Shown here: positions 1 to 10,890 of the stretch, piece by piece
Position numbering within the stretch: position 1 is the first letter of the stretch
Layout: each line of letters opens with the position of its first letter
Source of the DNA: Thraustochytrium aureum
Lineage: Eukaryota
Reading direction: 5' to 3'
DNA length: 63,961 nt
Assembly: GCA_012862495.1 (NCBI GenBank)
Contig: BLSG01000449.1
Location: 29,504-93,464 of the forward strand
Made by a program: the position numbers and the translations under genes
The notes under the pieces: generated by a model
Databases searched by the model: none
Seen by the model: the letters and a program-made list of their open reading frames with translations, nothing else
Told to the model about the DNA's origin: nothing

Positions 1-11
1 ACGCGGGGAGC

Positions 12-1793
12 GTGAGGGAAGCCGGCTCGCCGGCGTCGGAGACGCTGCCTGCCTCGACGCCGGCCAAGCCAGTTCGGCTACGCCCCGCCTTGCGGGGCGT
101 CCTGAAGCGCGGGCCAGGCGGGCTCACGTGGGAGGGGTCATGGGGCATGGACGACGCGGCCTTTGACGGCGGGGTGATCAGCCCGTTCTCGTACACGCGT
201 GTCAAGCTCGTAGACGAGCACGCCGCGAGCGCGCTGCCCTCGGACCTTATGCTCGTCAACGAGGCCCCCGACAGTGACGTGTTGCACAAGTCGCTGTTCA
301 CCGGGCACTTTTTCATGTTCATCGCCGGCAAGCGCAAGCGCATCCCTGAGACCAACGTGCTCATGGAGTTCCTGCCCCACGACGAAGACGTCTCGGACAG
401 CCTGGTCAAAGTGCGCGGGTCCGGCTCCAACGAGTTTGGCACCTACACGCTTGAGGGCTCGCTCGTCTTGAAGACCGGCGAACTCAACGTCTACCGGGAG
501 TACACCGTGATGGCGCCGGCCCCCGCTGCTGCGCGCGCACCGCGCGCAAAGCCCATTGGGCGCCCCAAAAAGACCCGGCCCACCGTCGCACCTGCCTTGC
601 AGCGCTCGCCCAGCTCGCCCTCCGACTCGCTCTCGGCCCCCGCGCGCAACCAACGCATGCGCCGCACGCCCTCGCACCTCGTAGAGGACATGCTCGACGA
701 GAAGGAGGCAGAGGACCTCATCAAACTGAAAAACATCGTCCGCGAGGTCTTCCGCGCAGACAAAGAGGGCTGGTTCCAGGCCCCGGTCGACGCCGAGGGC
801 CTCGGGCTCGCCAACTACCGCGAAGTCGTGACCCACCCCATGGACCTCGGCACGGTCCTCAAGCGCTTCGACCTCAAAGAGTACACCACGGTCGAGGGCG
901 CTGTGGAGGACGTGCGCCTCACCTTTAGCAACGCCATCCTGTACAACGCCGACGGGACCGCGGTGAACGCCGCCGCCAAGCGCCTGCGCTCGCTCTTCGA
1001 GCAGCACCTCAGCAAGCTCTCGAGCTACAAGACCCGCCCCAACAGAAAGCGCAAAAAGGACTCTATCAGCGGCGACGCCTCGACGACCAGCTCTGGAGCT
1101 GCCAAGCGCAGCAAGCCCCCCAGTGGCCCCACCCCGCTGCTGCAGAGAAAGTCCATGTCGGACGTCTTCGGATCCTCCGACGAGGAAGGCGGTGCTGAGG
1201 AGGAGGAAGAAGACGACGACGTCAACTACGGCCCGGGCTCGGCTTCCGTCGGGGCCGCGGACGAGGACTTTGACGACGACGCCGACTTTGACGACGAACC
1301 GGCCAAGCGCAAGCGCAAGCGGGCCCCCGCGGCCGCCAAGCGCACCGCCTCCAAGGAGGTTGTCTCGACCGACGTCGAGATGCTGCAGAAGCAGGTCGAG
1401 CTCATGAGTAAAAAGATCCAGATGATGCACGAGATGCAGGCTGCCAATCTCAAGCAGCTCATGGAGCCCGTGCACCGCGTAAACCAGCAGATCCATGCCC
1501 CGCCGGCAAAGGCTGTGGCCAAGCCGCGCCGCTCCTCCGAGTCGCGTCCGCTCTCGTACCAGGAAAAGCGACAGCTGGGCCAGGACATCAACAAGCTGCC
1601 CGGCGACATGATCGAGGGTGTCATCAAGATCATCCAGGAGTCTGGCACCGTGCTCGGCGGCGACGACGACGACGGCGAGGAGGTCGAGCTCGACATCGAG
1701 GCGCTCGACACCCCGGCGCAGAAGAAGCTGCAAAAGTACGTCAAGCGGTGTCTCATCAAGGCGCGATCCCAACAGGCCCAGGACATCTTTTGA
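12..1793 (+). CDS. BET/GTE-type bromodomain + extraterminal (ET/NET) domain protein, probably 5'-partial
   Basis: Bromodomain motifs WFQAPVD..LGL..Y..VVTHPMDLGTV and DVRLTFSNAILYN; C-terminal ET domain LSYQEKRQLGQDINKL...EVELDIEAL. The frame is open back to the window start. An unassigned beta-rich N-terminal domain precedes the bromodomain. Confidence 0.93.
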   Translation: MREAGSPASETLPASTPAKPVRLRPALRGVLKRGPGGLTWEGSWGMDDAAFDGGVISPFSYTRVKLVDEHAASALPSDLMLVNEAPDSDVLHKSLFTGHFFMFIAGKRKRIPETNVLMEFLPHDEDVSDSLVKVRGSGSNEFGTYTLEGSLVLKTGELNVYREYTVMAPAPAAARAPRAKPIGRPKKTRPTVAPALQRSPSSPSDSLSAPARNQRMRRTPSHLVEDMLDEKEAEDLIKLKNIVREVFRADKEGWFQAPVDAEGLGLANYREVVTHPMDLGTVLKRFDLKEYTTVEGAVEDVRLTFSNAILYNADGTAVNAAAKRLRSLFEQHLSKLSSYKTRPNRKRKKDSISGDASTTSSGAAKRSKPPSGPTPLLQRKSMSDVFGSSDEEGGAEEEEEDDDVNYGPGSASVGAADEDFDDDADFDDEPAKRKRKRAPAAAKRTASKEVVSTDVEMLQKQVELMSKKIQMMHEMQAANLKQLMEPVHRVNQQIHAPPAKAVAKPRRSSESRPLSYQEKRQLGQDINKLPGDMIEGVIKIIQESGTVLGGDDDDGEEVELDIEALDTPAQKKLQKYVKRCLIKARSQQAQDIF

Positions 1794-1922
1794 TGCGTTG
1801 CCTGCGCCAGGTCCAGGCAGTGTACCGGCCCTGTTTTGTTTTCTCTCGATGCTGGCTGGCACCTGCAGTCGGCGACGGCTCCCCCAGCGCGCGGCACGCG
1901 CACCACCTGCACCCTGCAACCA

Positions 1923-1960
1923 CCCTACCTACCTACCTACCTATCTACCTACTATCTACT
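1923..1960 (+). repeat. (CCTA/CTAC)n microsatellite in the 3' region of the bromodomain gene
   Basis: ccctacctacctacctacctatctacctactatctac read directly. Confidence 0.85.
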
Positions 1961-2682
1961 GGGGCGCCCTGTCGCTCTAGAGCGCATCCCCACCCATGAC
2001 ACAAACTGACACATGCATGACTGACTCTTTCGCCCGCCGCCTAATGCCTGCCTGCCTGCGCTGGCCAGTTCACCCCTCGTTGGGCGCTCCGCATGTCCCA
2101 AAAACCACGCGCTCGGGTCTCCAGGACTCGGACCACCGCACGCAGCATTGCCTGCGGCAGCAGCTGTTGATGCGCCCTGCGAGCGAGGGATCACGGGGCA
2201 CGAGCGGCGTCCCCGACAAGCAACCAGGTGCGATGGATCAATGAATGAATGGATCAATGAATGAATGAATGTTGGTAGGTAGGTAGAGTACTTCGAGTGA
2301 AAGAGATCACATCGGTTGGTCGTCGTCGGTCTGTTCTGCTCTGTCNNNNNNNNNNNNNNNNNNNNNNNNNNNNNNNNNNNNNNNNNNNNNNNNNNNNNNN
2401 NNNNNNNNNNNNNNNNNNNNNNNNNNNNNNNNNNNNNNNNNNNNNNNNNNNNNNNNNNNNNNNNNNNNNNNNNNNNNNNNNNNNNNNNNNNNNNNNNNNN
2501 NNNNNNNNNNNNNNNNNNNNNNNNNNNNNNNNNTGTCTGTCTTCGATTTTCTTGTCGTTGTTTTTTTGCAGCGCAAGGCGGCGAGGCGAGTCGCCGCATT
2601 GCGCCAAGTTCAGAGTGTTTCAATTGCCAGGTGTGGTGGTACTGCGATAGGTTGCCGTGGGTCTGGTGCCGCGAGGCCGCAC

Positions 2683-4580
2683 CTAGAAGGTCTTGAGGTT
2701 AATCATGTCTGCAGGGAAGAGGTCGTCGCAAATGTCGTCCAGCATGTGGCCCTGCACGTTCCCCTCCCGTCCATTTGGCCCGACCCACCCAGCATGCCCC
2801 CAACAGAGTGGTCCATGCGGCCGTCCGAGTAGTCGATGTTCATGTTGAGGAAACTGAGGTCGTCCAGGAGCCCGTTGCCCGAGTCGTCGCCGTGAAAAGT
2901 GGCGCTGGGGTCCATAGACCCGACCTGGCGCACGGACATGGGCCCCCCGAAAAAGCTGTTGTCGCCGCCTCCGGCCATGTGGTCGTTCGGGCCCGAGCCA
3001 AACAGATCGAATCCTGCAAGAGGGTCATTCTGTTGGTGCTGTGCCCCATGACGCAAGAGCTGGTGACCCGGGCGGTAACCGTTCGGGTCCGACGTGGCCA
3101 AGTTACCACTGCGAACGTTGGCACCACCGTAAAAGGGCTGAGGGGCAAAGTCAAATCCACTCTGCCCGCCAGGATGGTACGACGAGGAGGTTCCGAGGTC
3201 TGGCCAGAACATGTCCATAGCTGGCCCAGCTGCGCCCTTGTTCAGCTTGATGCGGATCGGTTCGACAGGGCCCGCCGCAGAGGCCGACTTCGGGGCGCGC
3301 TTCTTGTACTTGCGTTTGGGCTTGGCTGCCGCACTCTCGGCGCCTGGTGTCGCGTACTGCATCGCTTGCTGATATTGCTGTTGGAACTGGTGCTGATGCA
3401 TCCCAGGCGGGGGCGGCGGGGGCGGCGCGCCGCCATTGTCGTTGTGGTTGTTGTTGTTGTTGTTGTTGCTGTTGTTGTTGCTGTTGCTGTCACTTCCCGT
3501 GACACTGTTCTTGAAAAAGAGCGGCGCTCCGCCTTGCATCTGGAACAGGATGGCGTCCGCAGAGCTTGGGACCACGGCTGTCTTGGCCTTGGACGCTGAC
3601 GGCTTGCGCTCCTTTTTAGGTTTGGCGACCTTGGGCGGCTTGGGGGCTGAATCCTTCTTTTTGCGCTCCTTTTTCGGCTTTGCAGCTGCTGCGCCCCCGG
3701 TCACAGCCTCTTCCGTGTCGCTGGTCTCGCTCTTGCCTTCCTTGGCGTTTTGCACTTTGCGCCGCATGGCAGAATTCCAGCGGTTTTTCACCGCGTTCTC
3801 GCTGCGGCCTGGGAGAAGATGCGCAATCTGGCACCAGCGGTTGCCCATCGTGGCCTGAGCTTCCATGAGCACCTTGTCCTCCTCGCCGCTCCAGGGCTCC
3901 TTTTTCAGCTCGGGGTCGAGGTGGTTGAACCACCGCTCGCGGCACTGCTTGCCGAGGCGCCCAGGGAGTTGCGCGGCGATGACCGACCACTTGATGTTGC
4001 CGACGCCGTGCTTTTTCACCATGGTCAGCACAATGTCGTCTTCTTGCTTGGTCCACGACCCCTTGACGAGGCCCGGGCGCAGCACCTTTTGCCACCGGTG
4101 CAGGCACTGGACGTCGCTGCGCTTGCCCTGGAATGCGATGGCCGAGATTTTCTTCCAGTTCTTGGCGCCAAACTCGGCGACGATGTTGCGCAAGATCTCG
4201 TCCTCCTCGGGGCTCCAGCGGCCGCCCGATTTCGCCTTGTCTGACTTGTCGGACCCAAACTCGCCTGCGTCCTCGTCGCCGGCCTCCTCGCCGGTTTCCT
4301 CGCTGCCACCCACCGAGACGGGAGCGTCGACCTGTTTGTGATGAATGCTCTGAACGACGGTGATTGTGTGTGGCGCGGTTGGGATTCTGTGCGAGGGCAG
4401 CGCGGGCGTTGCTTCAGGGGCGGCAGGCGAGGCGCTCCCATTCAGCTTCTTCGCGTCCTGCACGGCTGGTGCGGTGGGCGTGAACGCCGCTGGTGAGGGC
4501 GGCGTGACCCGCTTCTTGCACTCGTCCTCATTTACGTCCGCGCTGGCAGCTGGCTGGTTGACCTGGCCGGCGCCCTCCAT
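2683..4580 (-). CDS. MYB3R: Three-repeat (R1R2R3) MYB transcription factor, c-Myb/MYB3R type; probable 1-nt frameshift at ~2761-2768
   Basis: Three Trp-spaced MYB repeats (RWSPEEDEIL..., KGSWTKQEDD...GKQCRERW, KEPWSGEED...RSENAVKNRWN); poly-Asn and Pro/Gln tracts. Adding one G gives a GC3-rich tail ...GNVQGHMLDDICDDLFPADMINLKTF* ending at TAG 2683-2685. Confidence 0.95.
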
Positions 4581-4644
4581 TTCGCGAGTCTACACTGGGC
4601 GGCGTCGCGCTCCTCCGTGACCTTGCAAGCGGCGCTCCCTCCGT

Positions 4645-4697
4645 CGCCTTGCGATTCGCCGCCTTGCGATTCGCCGCCTTGCGATTCGCCGCCTTGC
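4645..4697. repeat. 15-bp tandem repeat (CGCCTTGCGATTCGC) x3.5 just upstream of the MYB3R start
   Basis: Direct inspection. Confidence 0.9.
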
Positions 4698-5158
4698 TCT
4701 CCGGCCCGTCGGCCGCTCTGCGTCTCCACGGGGTTTCCGACAGCTCGCACGCGGTTTCGCTGCTTGTGGCTCTGCTCGAGCAGCGCGGCGCCGCGACGCA
4801 ATTCTTGCAAGCAGGCATGCCCAAAATCGAGGCAACTTTTTCGCACTTTCATGCCTCCAACGCTCGCAGCGCCTCACATCCACGGCGCATTCGCCCGAGC
4901 ACATCCAACGTCTCCAACGTCCTCTCAGCGGGCGCAGACAGACCTGGCGGCCGCCATTCTTGGCCGAGGAAGTTGCTGCATCCGGGGGAAGTTTGGCCCG
5001 TCAGAAGCCGGGGAAAAAAGCGGAAAATGCGCACGGCAGAGCAGCAAGCTCGTCTCACATTCGCGCCTGCCCAGCACAGCCGGAGCCCTCCTGCCGCCGC
5101 CTGAGCAATCGCCGCGCAGTGAGAACGAGAACGCGCGTTTCGCACCGCAATTGACCAA

Positions 5159-5198
5159 GTAGCCGTTGCTTCGGTCGGACACCAAAAGGTAGCCGTTG
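5159..5198 (-). promoter_or_regulatory. Two MSA-like MYB3R binding sites (CAACGGCTA on the minus strand), 30 bp apart
   Basis: GTAGCCGTTG at 5159-5168 and 5189-5198. The reverse complement matches the YAACGGYYA core of the plant M-specific activator element. About 580 bp upstream of the MYB3R ATG. Confidence 0.45.
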
Positions 5199-5223
5199 AC
5201 CAGACCGCCACCAGCACGTCCCA

Positions 5224-5468
5224 CGTCACCTGCGTGTCCACACTGACGCAGGTCTCTGGCCCCCTCACGTCACAGAAGGGTGGCCCAAGACTTTTCTCGT
5301 CACGTAGGCGCCCCTAGTTTCGAGCGCGTGCAAACCCGCGTCACAGTGAGCCCCACCATGCCGCCAAAACGCTGCGAAAAAAAGTCAACCTCCGTCACGC
5401 CACACACCCCAGCCGTCACTCCCTCCTGCCCGCCCGCTCCTCGTCATCACCACCCCCTCCCTCGTCAC
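5224..5468. promoter_or_regulatory. Cluster of seven same-strand CGTCAC (TGACG/CRE half-site-like) motifs in the divergent MYB3R/RPS6 promoter
   Basis: CGTCAC at 5224, 5268, 5298, 5339, 5393, 5414 and 5463. Confidence 0.5.
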
Positions 5469-5992
5469 CTCCCCCACCGCCGCCGCCCGGCTNNNNNNNN
5501 NNNNNNNNNNNNNNNNNNNNNNNNNNNNNNNNNNNNNNNNNNNNNNNNNNNNNNNNNNNNNNNNNNNNNNNNNNNNNNNNNNNNNNNNNNNNNNNNNNNN
5601 NNNNNNNNNNNNNNNNNNNNNNNNNNNNNNNNNNNNNNNNNNNNNNNNNNNNNNNNNNNNNNNNNNNNNNNNNNNNNNNNNNNNNNNNNNNNNNNNNNNN
5701 NNNNNNNNNNNNNNNNNNNNNNNNNNNNNNNNNNNNNNNNNNNNNNNNNNNNNNNNNNNNNNNNNNNNNNNNNNNNNNNNNNNNNNNNNNNNNNNNNNNN
5801 NTGCGTGGTGCTCGCGCAGGGGCGTTTGGAGGGCGCGGGGGCGCGCAGAGGGTCTTTGGAGGGTTATTTGGCTCTGGCGGATCGGGGGCTGTTTGCAGGA
5901 GTGGCGGCGGGGATGATTGTTGTTGTGGAGAGAGAATAGTGAGTGAGTGGCAGAGCAGGAGCTGGAAGTGGTGCAGAGCAGGACCAGGACGT

Positions 5993-5994
5993 GG

Positions 5995-6030
<36 letters not shown>

Positions 6031-6032
6031 CA
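5993..6032 (+). repeat. (GGCA)10 microsatellite upstream of RPS6
   Basis: Direct inspection; possibly inside a 5'UTR intron ending at CAG 6075-6077. Confidence 0.9.
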
Positions 6033-6078
6033 CGGGGCGTTGTTTTGCTTTGCGGACGGTCGTTGAGGTTCGAGCAGG

Positions 6079-6810
6079 ATGAAGTTCAACATCTCTTGCC
6101 CGGCGACGGGCGCGCAGAAGCTGATTGAGATCGATGACGAGAAGAAGCTGCGCGCCGTGTATGACAAGCGCATGTCGCAGGAGGTGGACGGCGAGGAGCT
6201 CGGCGAGGAGTTCAAGGGCTACATCTTCCGCATCTCGGGCGGGAACGACAAGCAGGGCTTTCCCATGAAGCAGGGTGTGCTCGCCCAGCGCCGCGTGCGC
6301 CTCATGCTCAACAAGGACTCGTCCTGCTACCGCGCCCGCCGTCGCGGAGAGCGCAAGCGCAAGTCGGTGCGCGGCTGCATTGTCTCGCACGACCTCTCCG
6401 TGCTCGCCCTCGTGATCGTCAAGATCGGCGACCAGGAGATCCCCGGCCTCACCGACATCACCATTGACAACCGCCTCGGCCCCAAGCGCGCCAACAACAT
6501 CCGCCGCCTGTTCAACCTGACCAAGGATGACGACGTGCGCAAGTACGTCATCAAGCGGACCTTCACCAACAAGGCCGGCAAGGAGGTGACCAAGTCGCCC
6601 AAGATCCAGCGCCTCATCACCCCGCAGCGGCTTCAGCGCAAGCGCCGTGTTGCTGCCGTGCGCCGGACCGTGCAGGAGAACCACCGCAAGGAGGAGCAGG
6701 CTTACCAGAAACTCTACCAGCAGCGCATGAAGGAGGCCAAGGAGCGCCGTGCGTCGGAGGCCAGCAAGCGCCGCTCGCGCCAGCGCAGCAAGCAGGAGGC
6801 CCCCAAGTGA
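6079..6810 (+). CDS. RPS6: 40S ribosomal protein S6 (eS6)
   Basis: [14 protein letters not shown]..., [52 protein letters not shown]. Confidence 0.99.
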   Translation: MKFNISCPATGAQKLIEIDDEKKLRAVYDKRMSQEVDGEELGEEFKGYIFRISGGNDKQGFPMKQGVLAQRRVRLMLNKDSSCYRARRRGERKRKSVRGCIVSHDLSVLALVIVKIGDQEIPGLTDITIDNRLGPKRANNIRRLFNLTKDDDVRKYVIKRTFTNKAGKEVTKSPKIQRLITPQRLQRKRRVAAVRRTVQENHRKEEQAYQKLYQQRMKEAKERRASEASKRRSRQRSKQEAPK

Positions 6811-8715
6811 GCCCGGACTCTCTAGTTAATCCCTATTGTGCCCGCTCGGAACCGCCTTCTTCATCCTCATATCCACCCCGACCTTGCACCTCTCCCGTCC
6901 CACAGCACAGAGCGCTTGCAGACCAGCACTTGGAACCGCTTCATACGCTGGCCTTTCGCCTTTGCGTCCTTGCGTATCGCCGCAGGCCAACGGGCTCGCG
7001 CCAAGCAGGGCCAGCAAGTGCCTCGAATCATGCGCCTCACGGGGGCGAGGACAGGCGCTCCGAGCCGCACGTTCGCATTCGCCGAGGGCAAGTCGGCCAG
7101 GGCAAGGAGGGCGCTTTTGACCCAGGTTGTTCGCGTCACCCACCACTGGCATCACCATCCACATTTGCGGTCGGCTCGGCCTTGCAAGGGGCCAGGCTGA
7201 GCCGCCAACAGAGCCCCGCCGTCCAGGCTCGCCGCGACGTCCCCGGCGTTGCTGCCCATCTTGCGAATGATGTTGTCTGCAGAAGCGCAACAGACTGACC
7301 AGGGTTGTGGGCAGGGAGGGGCAAGGCCGACGCGGCCAGGGCTGCGCGCGGCGAGGGGCAAGTCGAACAAGCCACGCAGACCAAGGCGCCAAACCGCGTT
7401 TCGTGTAGTTGGCACGCAAATCGATGCAACTCGATGCGCGCGCAGCGCCAACCCAGCCGTGCGACGGTGGAGCAGGAGCCGAGCTGCGGTTAAAAATAAA
7501 AAAGGGCGCCAGCCGCTGTCGGCTCACACCAAGCGCGGCCAAACCGGGGCGCGCTCGCGGCGACACGCAGCGCGGCGCTATTATGGCGTCGGTGGCGGGA
7601 CAAGGGCAAGAACTGCGCGTCAGCCTCACATGATCAGACAGCGAGAAACCGAAAAAAGGAGAAAAATGGAAACAGCTTGGCCCTCGCAGGAAGCACGCAG
7701 TCCAGGGCGCGTCAGAACAGGTTTTCTGCGTGTTGGTGTCCGTCCGCCAATGCACGCATTCAATCGAACGGCGCCGGGGCTTCGCGAGTTGCTCCGGTCA
7801 AGAGTCCGTGGCCTGAATGAACACTGGCCAGGTTGTGAGTGAATACGGAAGAATGTGGATTCATCCGTACAACTCTTGAGATGACGTGAGCCAACGTAGA
7901 GTACCTCGTCTGCGATAAATGCCCAGCCAGGCGTCGCCCCAGCCGCGAGTTTTTGCCCGCCCTCGACGAGCCCGTGCGGCGTGGCGGCGCAAGTCGCGCC
8001 ACGTCGGATTCCAAAACCTGTCCTTTTCCCCTTCATCAAGTTGGTGGTTTCAAAAGTGAGCGGCTGCTGTTGGCTGCTGTCCAGCAGTCAAGCAGTGAGG
8101 AAGAAACGGTTGTGAGCGGCACTACCAACTTATGCCCGGGCCGGCTGGCTGCGAACGCCAACTCTCGCAAGGAGAGAGAAAAGCGCGCGGCTGCGCGCAG
8201 CCCACAGAGTCTCCATGTGAATCGCCATACCCACCTGTTGATGGTAAGTACTCAACCTGAAGGTTGACCTTCATTTACAAGTTAGTTGTGATCGATCGGA
8301 GTCACCTGGGAAGCGCCGCCAGGCAAGATCGCTCACAGTGACAGTTGGCGCACCTCGCACACGCGACTCAGTAAAAAGCCCCAGCACAACAGCTGGACGT
8401 GATGGCCGTCGAGTCGAACGTGCGGCGCGATTCGTTCCTCATCACTTTCTAGCTCTCTAGAGAGAGAGCAAATCACAACACAATTCACAATACAATTGAG
8501 CACGCTGCCAGCTGGGGAAATCAACAGAGCCAATCGCTGGTTGGAAACCAACCATCAAAGCCCGCGAACAGCAATCCCCCAACGCGCCCACCGCAATCGC
8601 ACAACCTCACCCAGCGAGCAAGCGAGCAAGCAAGCAAGCAAACAAACACCGAGCGAACTAGCGAGCGAGCGAATCCAGCAACGATTGGCCTTGTGGCCAA
8701 ACAACAAAAGCCAAC

Positions 8716-10890
8716 ATGCAGCTCGCCAAGGCCCTGGCGGCCCTGCTCGCCGCTGTGCACCTCGTTCACGTGTCGAGCGCCACGAACGACACGAGCGCGA
8801 TCGCGCGAACGCCGACGAGCGCCCCTACCGTTGCTTCTGCGTCCAGTGATCTGCGCGCCATTGCCGACCTTGACGAGATCGACCAGGAACCGTGGTTCGA
8901 CGACGAAGACGACCAACAAGCGCCAGAGGACCCGCAAGATCTCGACGACGAGGAAGACGGCCTAGCCCGCCGCCTCAAGGCCAAACCTCCGCCCAAGGAC
9001 CCCACTTGCACGAAAAACATCAAAGGCCTCAAGAACACAGCCGGTCTCACCAAGGCCCTTGGCTTGGCCACCAAGGCGGCCGCGGCATGCTCCAAGTCCG
9101 CCAACACCATCGTCAAGGACGTCAACGCTGCGACCCTTGTCCTCAACAACGTCGCTGCTGTCAGCGAGGTGGTCTCGACGGTGATGGCCGAGTCGGCCTC
9201 GACGACGTCCACGATGGCCGACTCGCTCAAGCGAGTAAAGAACCTGGCAAAGTCCATCCCCGTGGTCGGCAAGATCATCGACGTCGTTGTTCGCGTGTTC
9301 GAGGCCATGTCTGGTGTGATGGACATCATTTCGTCCGTTCTCAACGCGTTCAACACGATGCTGTTCGAGCTTTCTGGCGCGATGACCACGGCAGGGCAAA
9401 GGCTCCTCCAAACCGTGGTCGGGTACGACAAGCTCGGCCAAGGTGGAAAAGTTCTCGCAAAGTCGTACTCGAATGCTCTCAAGTGCGCCAAAAAATCGGC
9501 TACCTGCGACGACAACAAGCTCCTGGAAAGCGGCGCCGAGGATCCCGTCGCCAAACTCAAGGCCATGGAGAAGTCCGTCAAGTCCTGCGGCAAGCAGTAC
9601 GCTTCAGTGAGCACTCCGCTAAAGCTGATCACCAAGGCGTTCAATCCCGCGCTGTTCAACGATTTGCGCAAGTCCATGGACAAGCTCATGGCGGACCTCG
9701 AACCCACCATGGAGACCCTCTCTGACATGGTGGAAGGCTTGGACGGCGCTCTCAACGAGGCCAAGTGCTGCGTGTTGCCATTCCCCTCGCAAAAGATCTT
9801 CGAGGTTGTGGGAAACGTCCTGGATCTGGCCACCTGCCCGCTAGATTCCATGATGGATGGGCTCAACGCCAACCTCCAACAGACCGCTGGGACAGCGACT
9901 ACCCGCCTCCTCTCCAGCCTCGTCGCTGAGCTTCGCAAGGTGTTTGTGGCCCTCAAAAAGGTGGGCGAGATCCCCGTGATCGACTTTGAGACCGGAGTCT
10001 ACGACGCGAGCACGTGCGGCATGGCCCCCCCGGTCGTCTCGTTCAAGCTCGAACGCCCCTTCGAGGCCCTCCTCGCCACGGAGGCGCTCGTGCCCAGCGG
10101 CGCGGCCGAGTACTCGTTTAAACTGGACGTGGCCGAGTCCATCTCCAAGACTTGCAAAGAGGCACTCGACGCCTTCAGCGACCTCGGCGATACTCGCTCA
10201 TGCTGCGCCGACATAAAGGGGTACATCCCCAAAGGCGACTTTTGCGATCCGCTGGGCCAGATCCCGTACAAGCACTGCCAGATGTGCGAGCCTGACGCAA
10301 GCGGGAGCCCTGTTTTCGAGTTCTGGTCCAAAAAGTTTCACGTCGCGTGCGGGATCAGCCCGTGCATCGAGGATGGCGAGCTCTGCGGCGCAGGGACCAC
10401 CTGCGAGAACAAGTGCTGCTCGGGCACCTCTGAGTTCTGGTGGTCGAAGGCGTTCACGGCGTGCGGTGTGGAGCCCAAGTGGCCCGCTGGCCGCAAGTGC
10501 GCCCCCGGCACCTCGTGCGAGGCGCAGTGCGTCAACGGCCAGTATGAGTGGTGGTTCGACCTTGCGGCGCACGCCTGCGGTGTCGAGCCCAAGTGGGCGG
10601 ACGGACGTCGGTGCCTTGCCGGCACCTCGTGCAACCAATGCAGGAACGGGTACGAGTGGTGGTACGACATTGCCGGCCACGCCTGCGGCCGCGAGCCCAA
10701 GTGGGCTGACGGCAGGAACTGCCTCCTGGGCACCTCGTGCAACCAGTGCAGGAACACGGCCACGTACTGGGACAGCAAGTTGATTACAGCATGTGGCCGC
10801 GAACCGTGCTGGACCAGGGGCACGTTCTGCCTCATTGGCACAACCTGCAACAACTGCTGCAACGGACAGTCCTGGTCGAGCTGTGACTGA
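8716..10890 (+). CDS. Secreted protein: signal peptide, acidic pro-region, long amphipathic helical domain, six C-terminal Cys/Trp-rich ~36-aa repeats
   Basis: Hydrophobic N-terminus; RRL after an acidic stretch; repeats of the form KWADGRxCLxGTSCNQCRNGYEWWxxxxxxACGxEP; strong GC3 bias. Confidence 0.85.
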   Translation: MQLAKALAALLAAVHLVHVSSATNDTSAIARTPTSAPTVASASSDLRAIADLDEIDQEPWFDDEDDQQAPEDPQDLDDEEDGLARRLKAKPPPKDPTCTKNIKGLKNTAGLTKALGLATKAAAACSKSANTIVKDVNAATLVLNNVAAVSEVVSTVMAESASTTSTMADSLKRVKNLAKSIPVVGKIIDVVVRVFEAMSGVMDIISSVLNAFNTMLFELSGAMTTAGQRLLQTVVGYDKLGQGGKVLAKSYSNALKCAKKSATCDDNKLLESGAEDPVAKLKAMEKSVKSCGKQYASVSTPLKLITKAFNPALFNDLRKSMDKLMADLEPTMETLSDMVEGLDGALNEAKCCVLPFPSQKIFEVVGNVLDLATCPLDSMMDGLNANLQQTAGTATTRLLSSLVAELRKVFVALKKVGEIPVIDFETGVYDASTCGMAPPVVSFKLERPFEALLATEALVPSGAAEYSFKLDVAESISKTCKEALDAFSDLGDTRSCCADIKGYIPKGDFCDPLGQIPYKHCQMCEPDASGSPVFEFWSKKFHVACGISPCIEDGELCGAGTTCENKCCSGTSEFWWSKAFTACGVEPKWPAGRKCAPGTSCEAQCVNGQYEWWFDLAAHACGVEPKWADGRRCLAGTSCNQCRNGYEWWYDIAGHACGREPKWADGRNCLLGTSCNQCRNTATYWDSKLITACGREPCWTRGTFCLIGTTCNNCCNGQSWSSCD

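Noticed and set aside
138..1919. Long antisense ORFs (e.g. 138..1919, 13625..15262, 36103..37206 and many over the giant gene)
   Set aside because: Shadow ORFs caused by strong GC3 bias of real genes on the opposite strand
1923..1960. CCTA repeats as interstitial telomere
   Set aside because: The unit is 4 bp and does not match CCCTAA/CCCTAAA telomeric repeats
2254..2696. ORFs spanning N-runs here and at the other gaps
   Set aside because: Open only because N-gaps contain no stop codons
6826..7755. Minus-strand ORF(s) downstream of RPS6
   Set aside because: No consistent codon bias or recognisable motif in any frame
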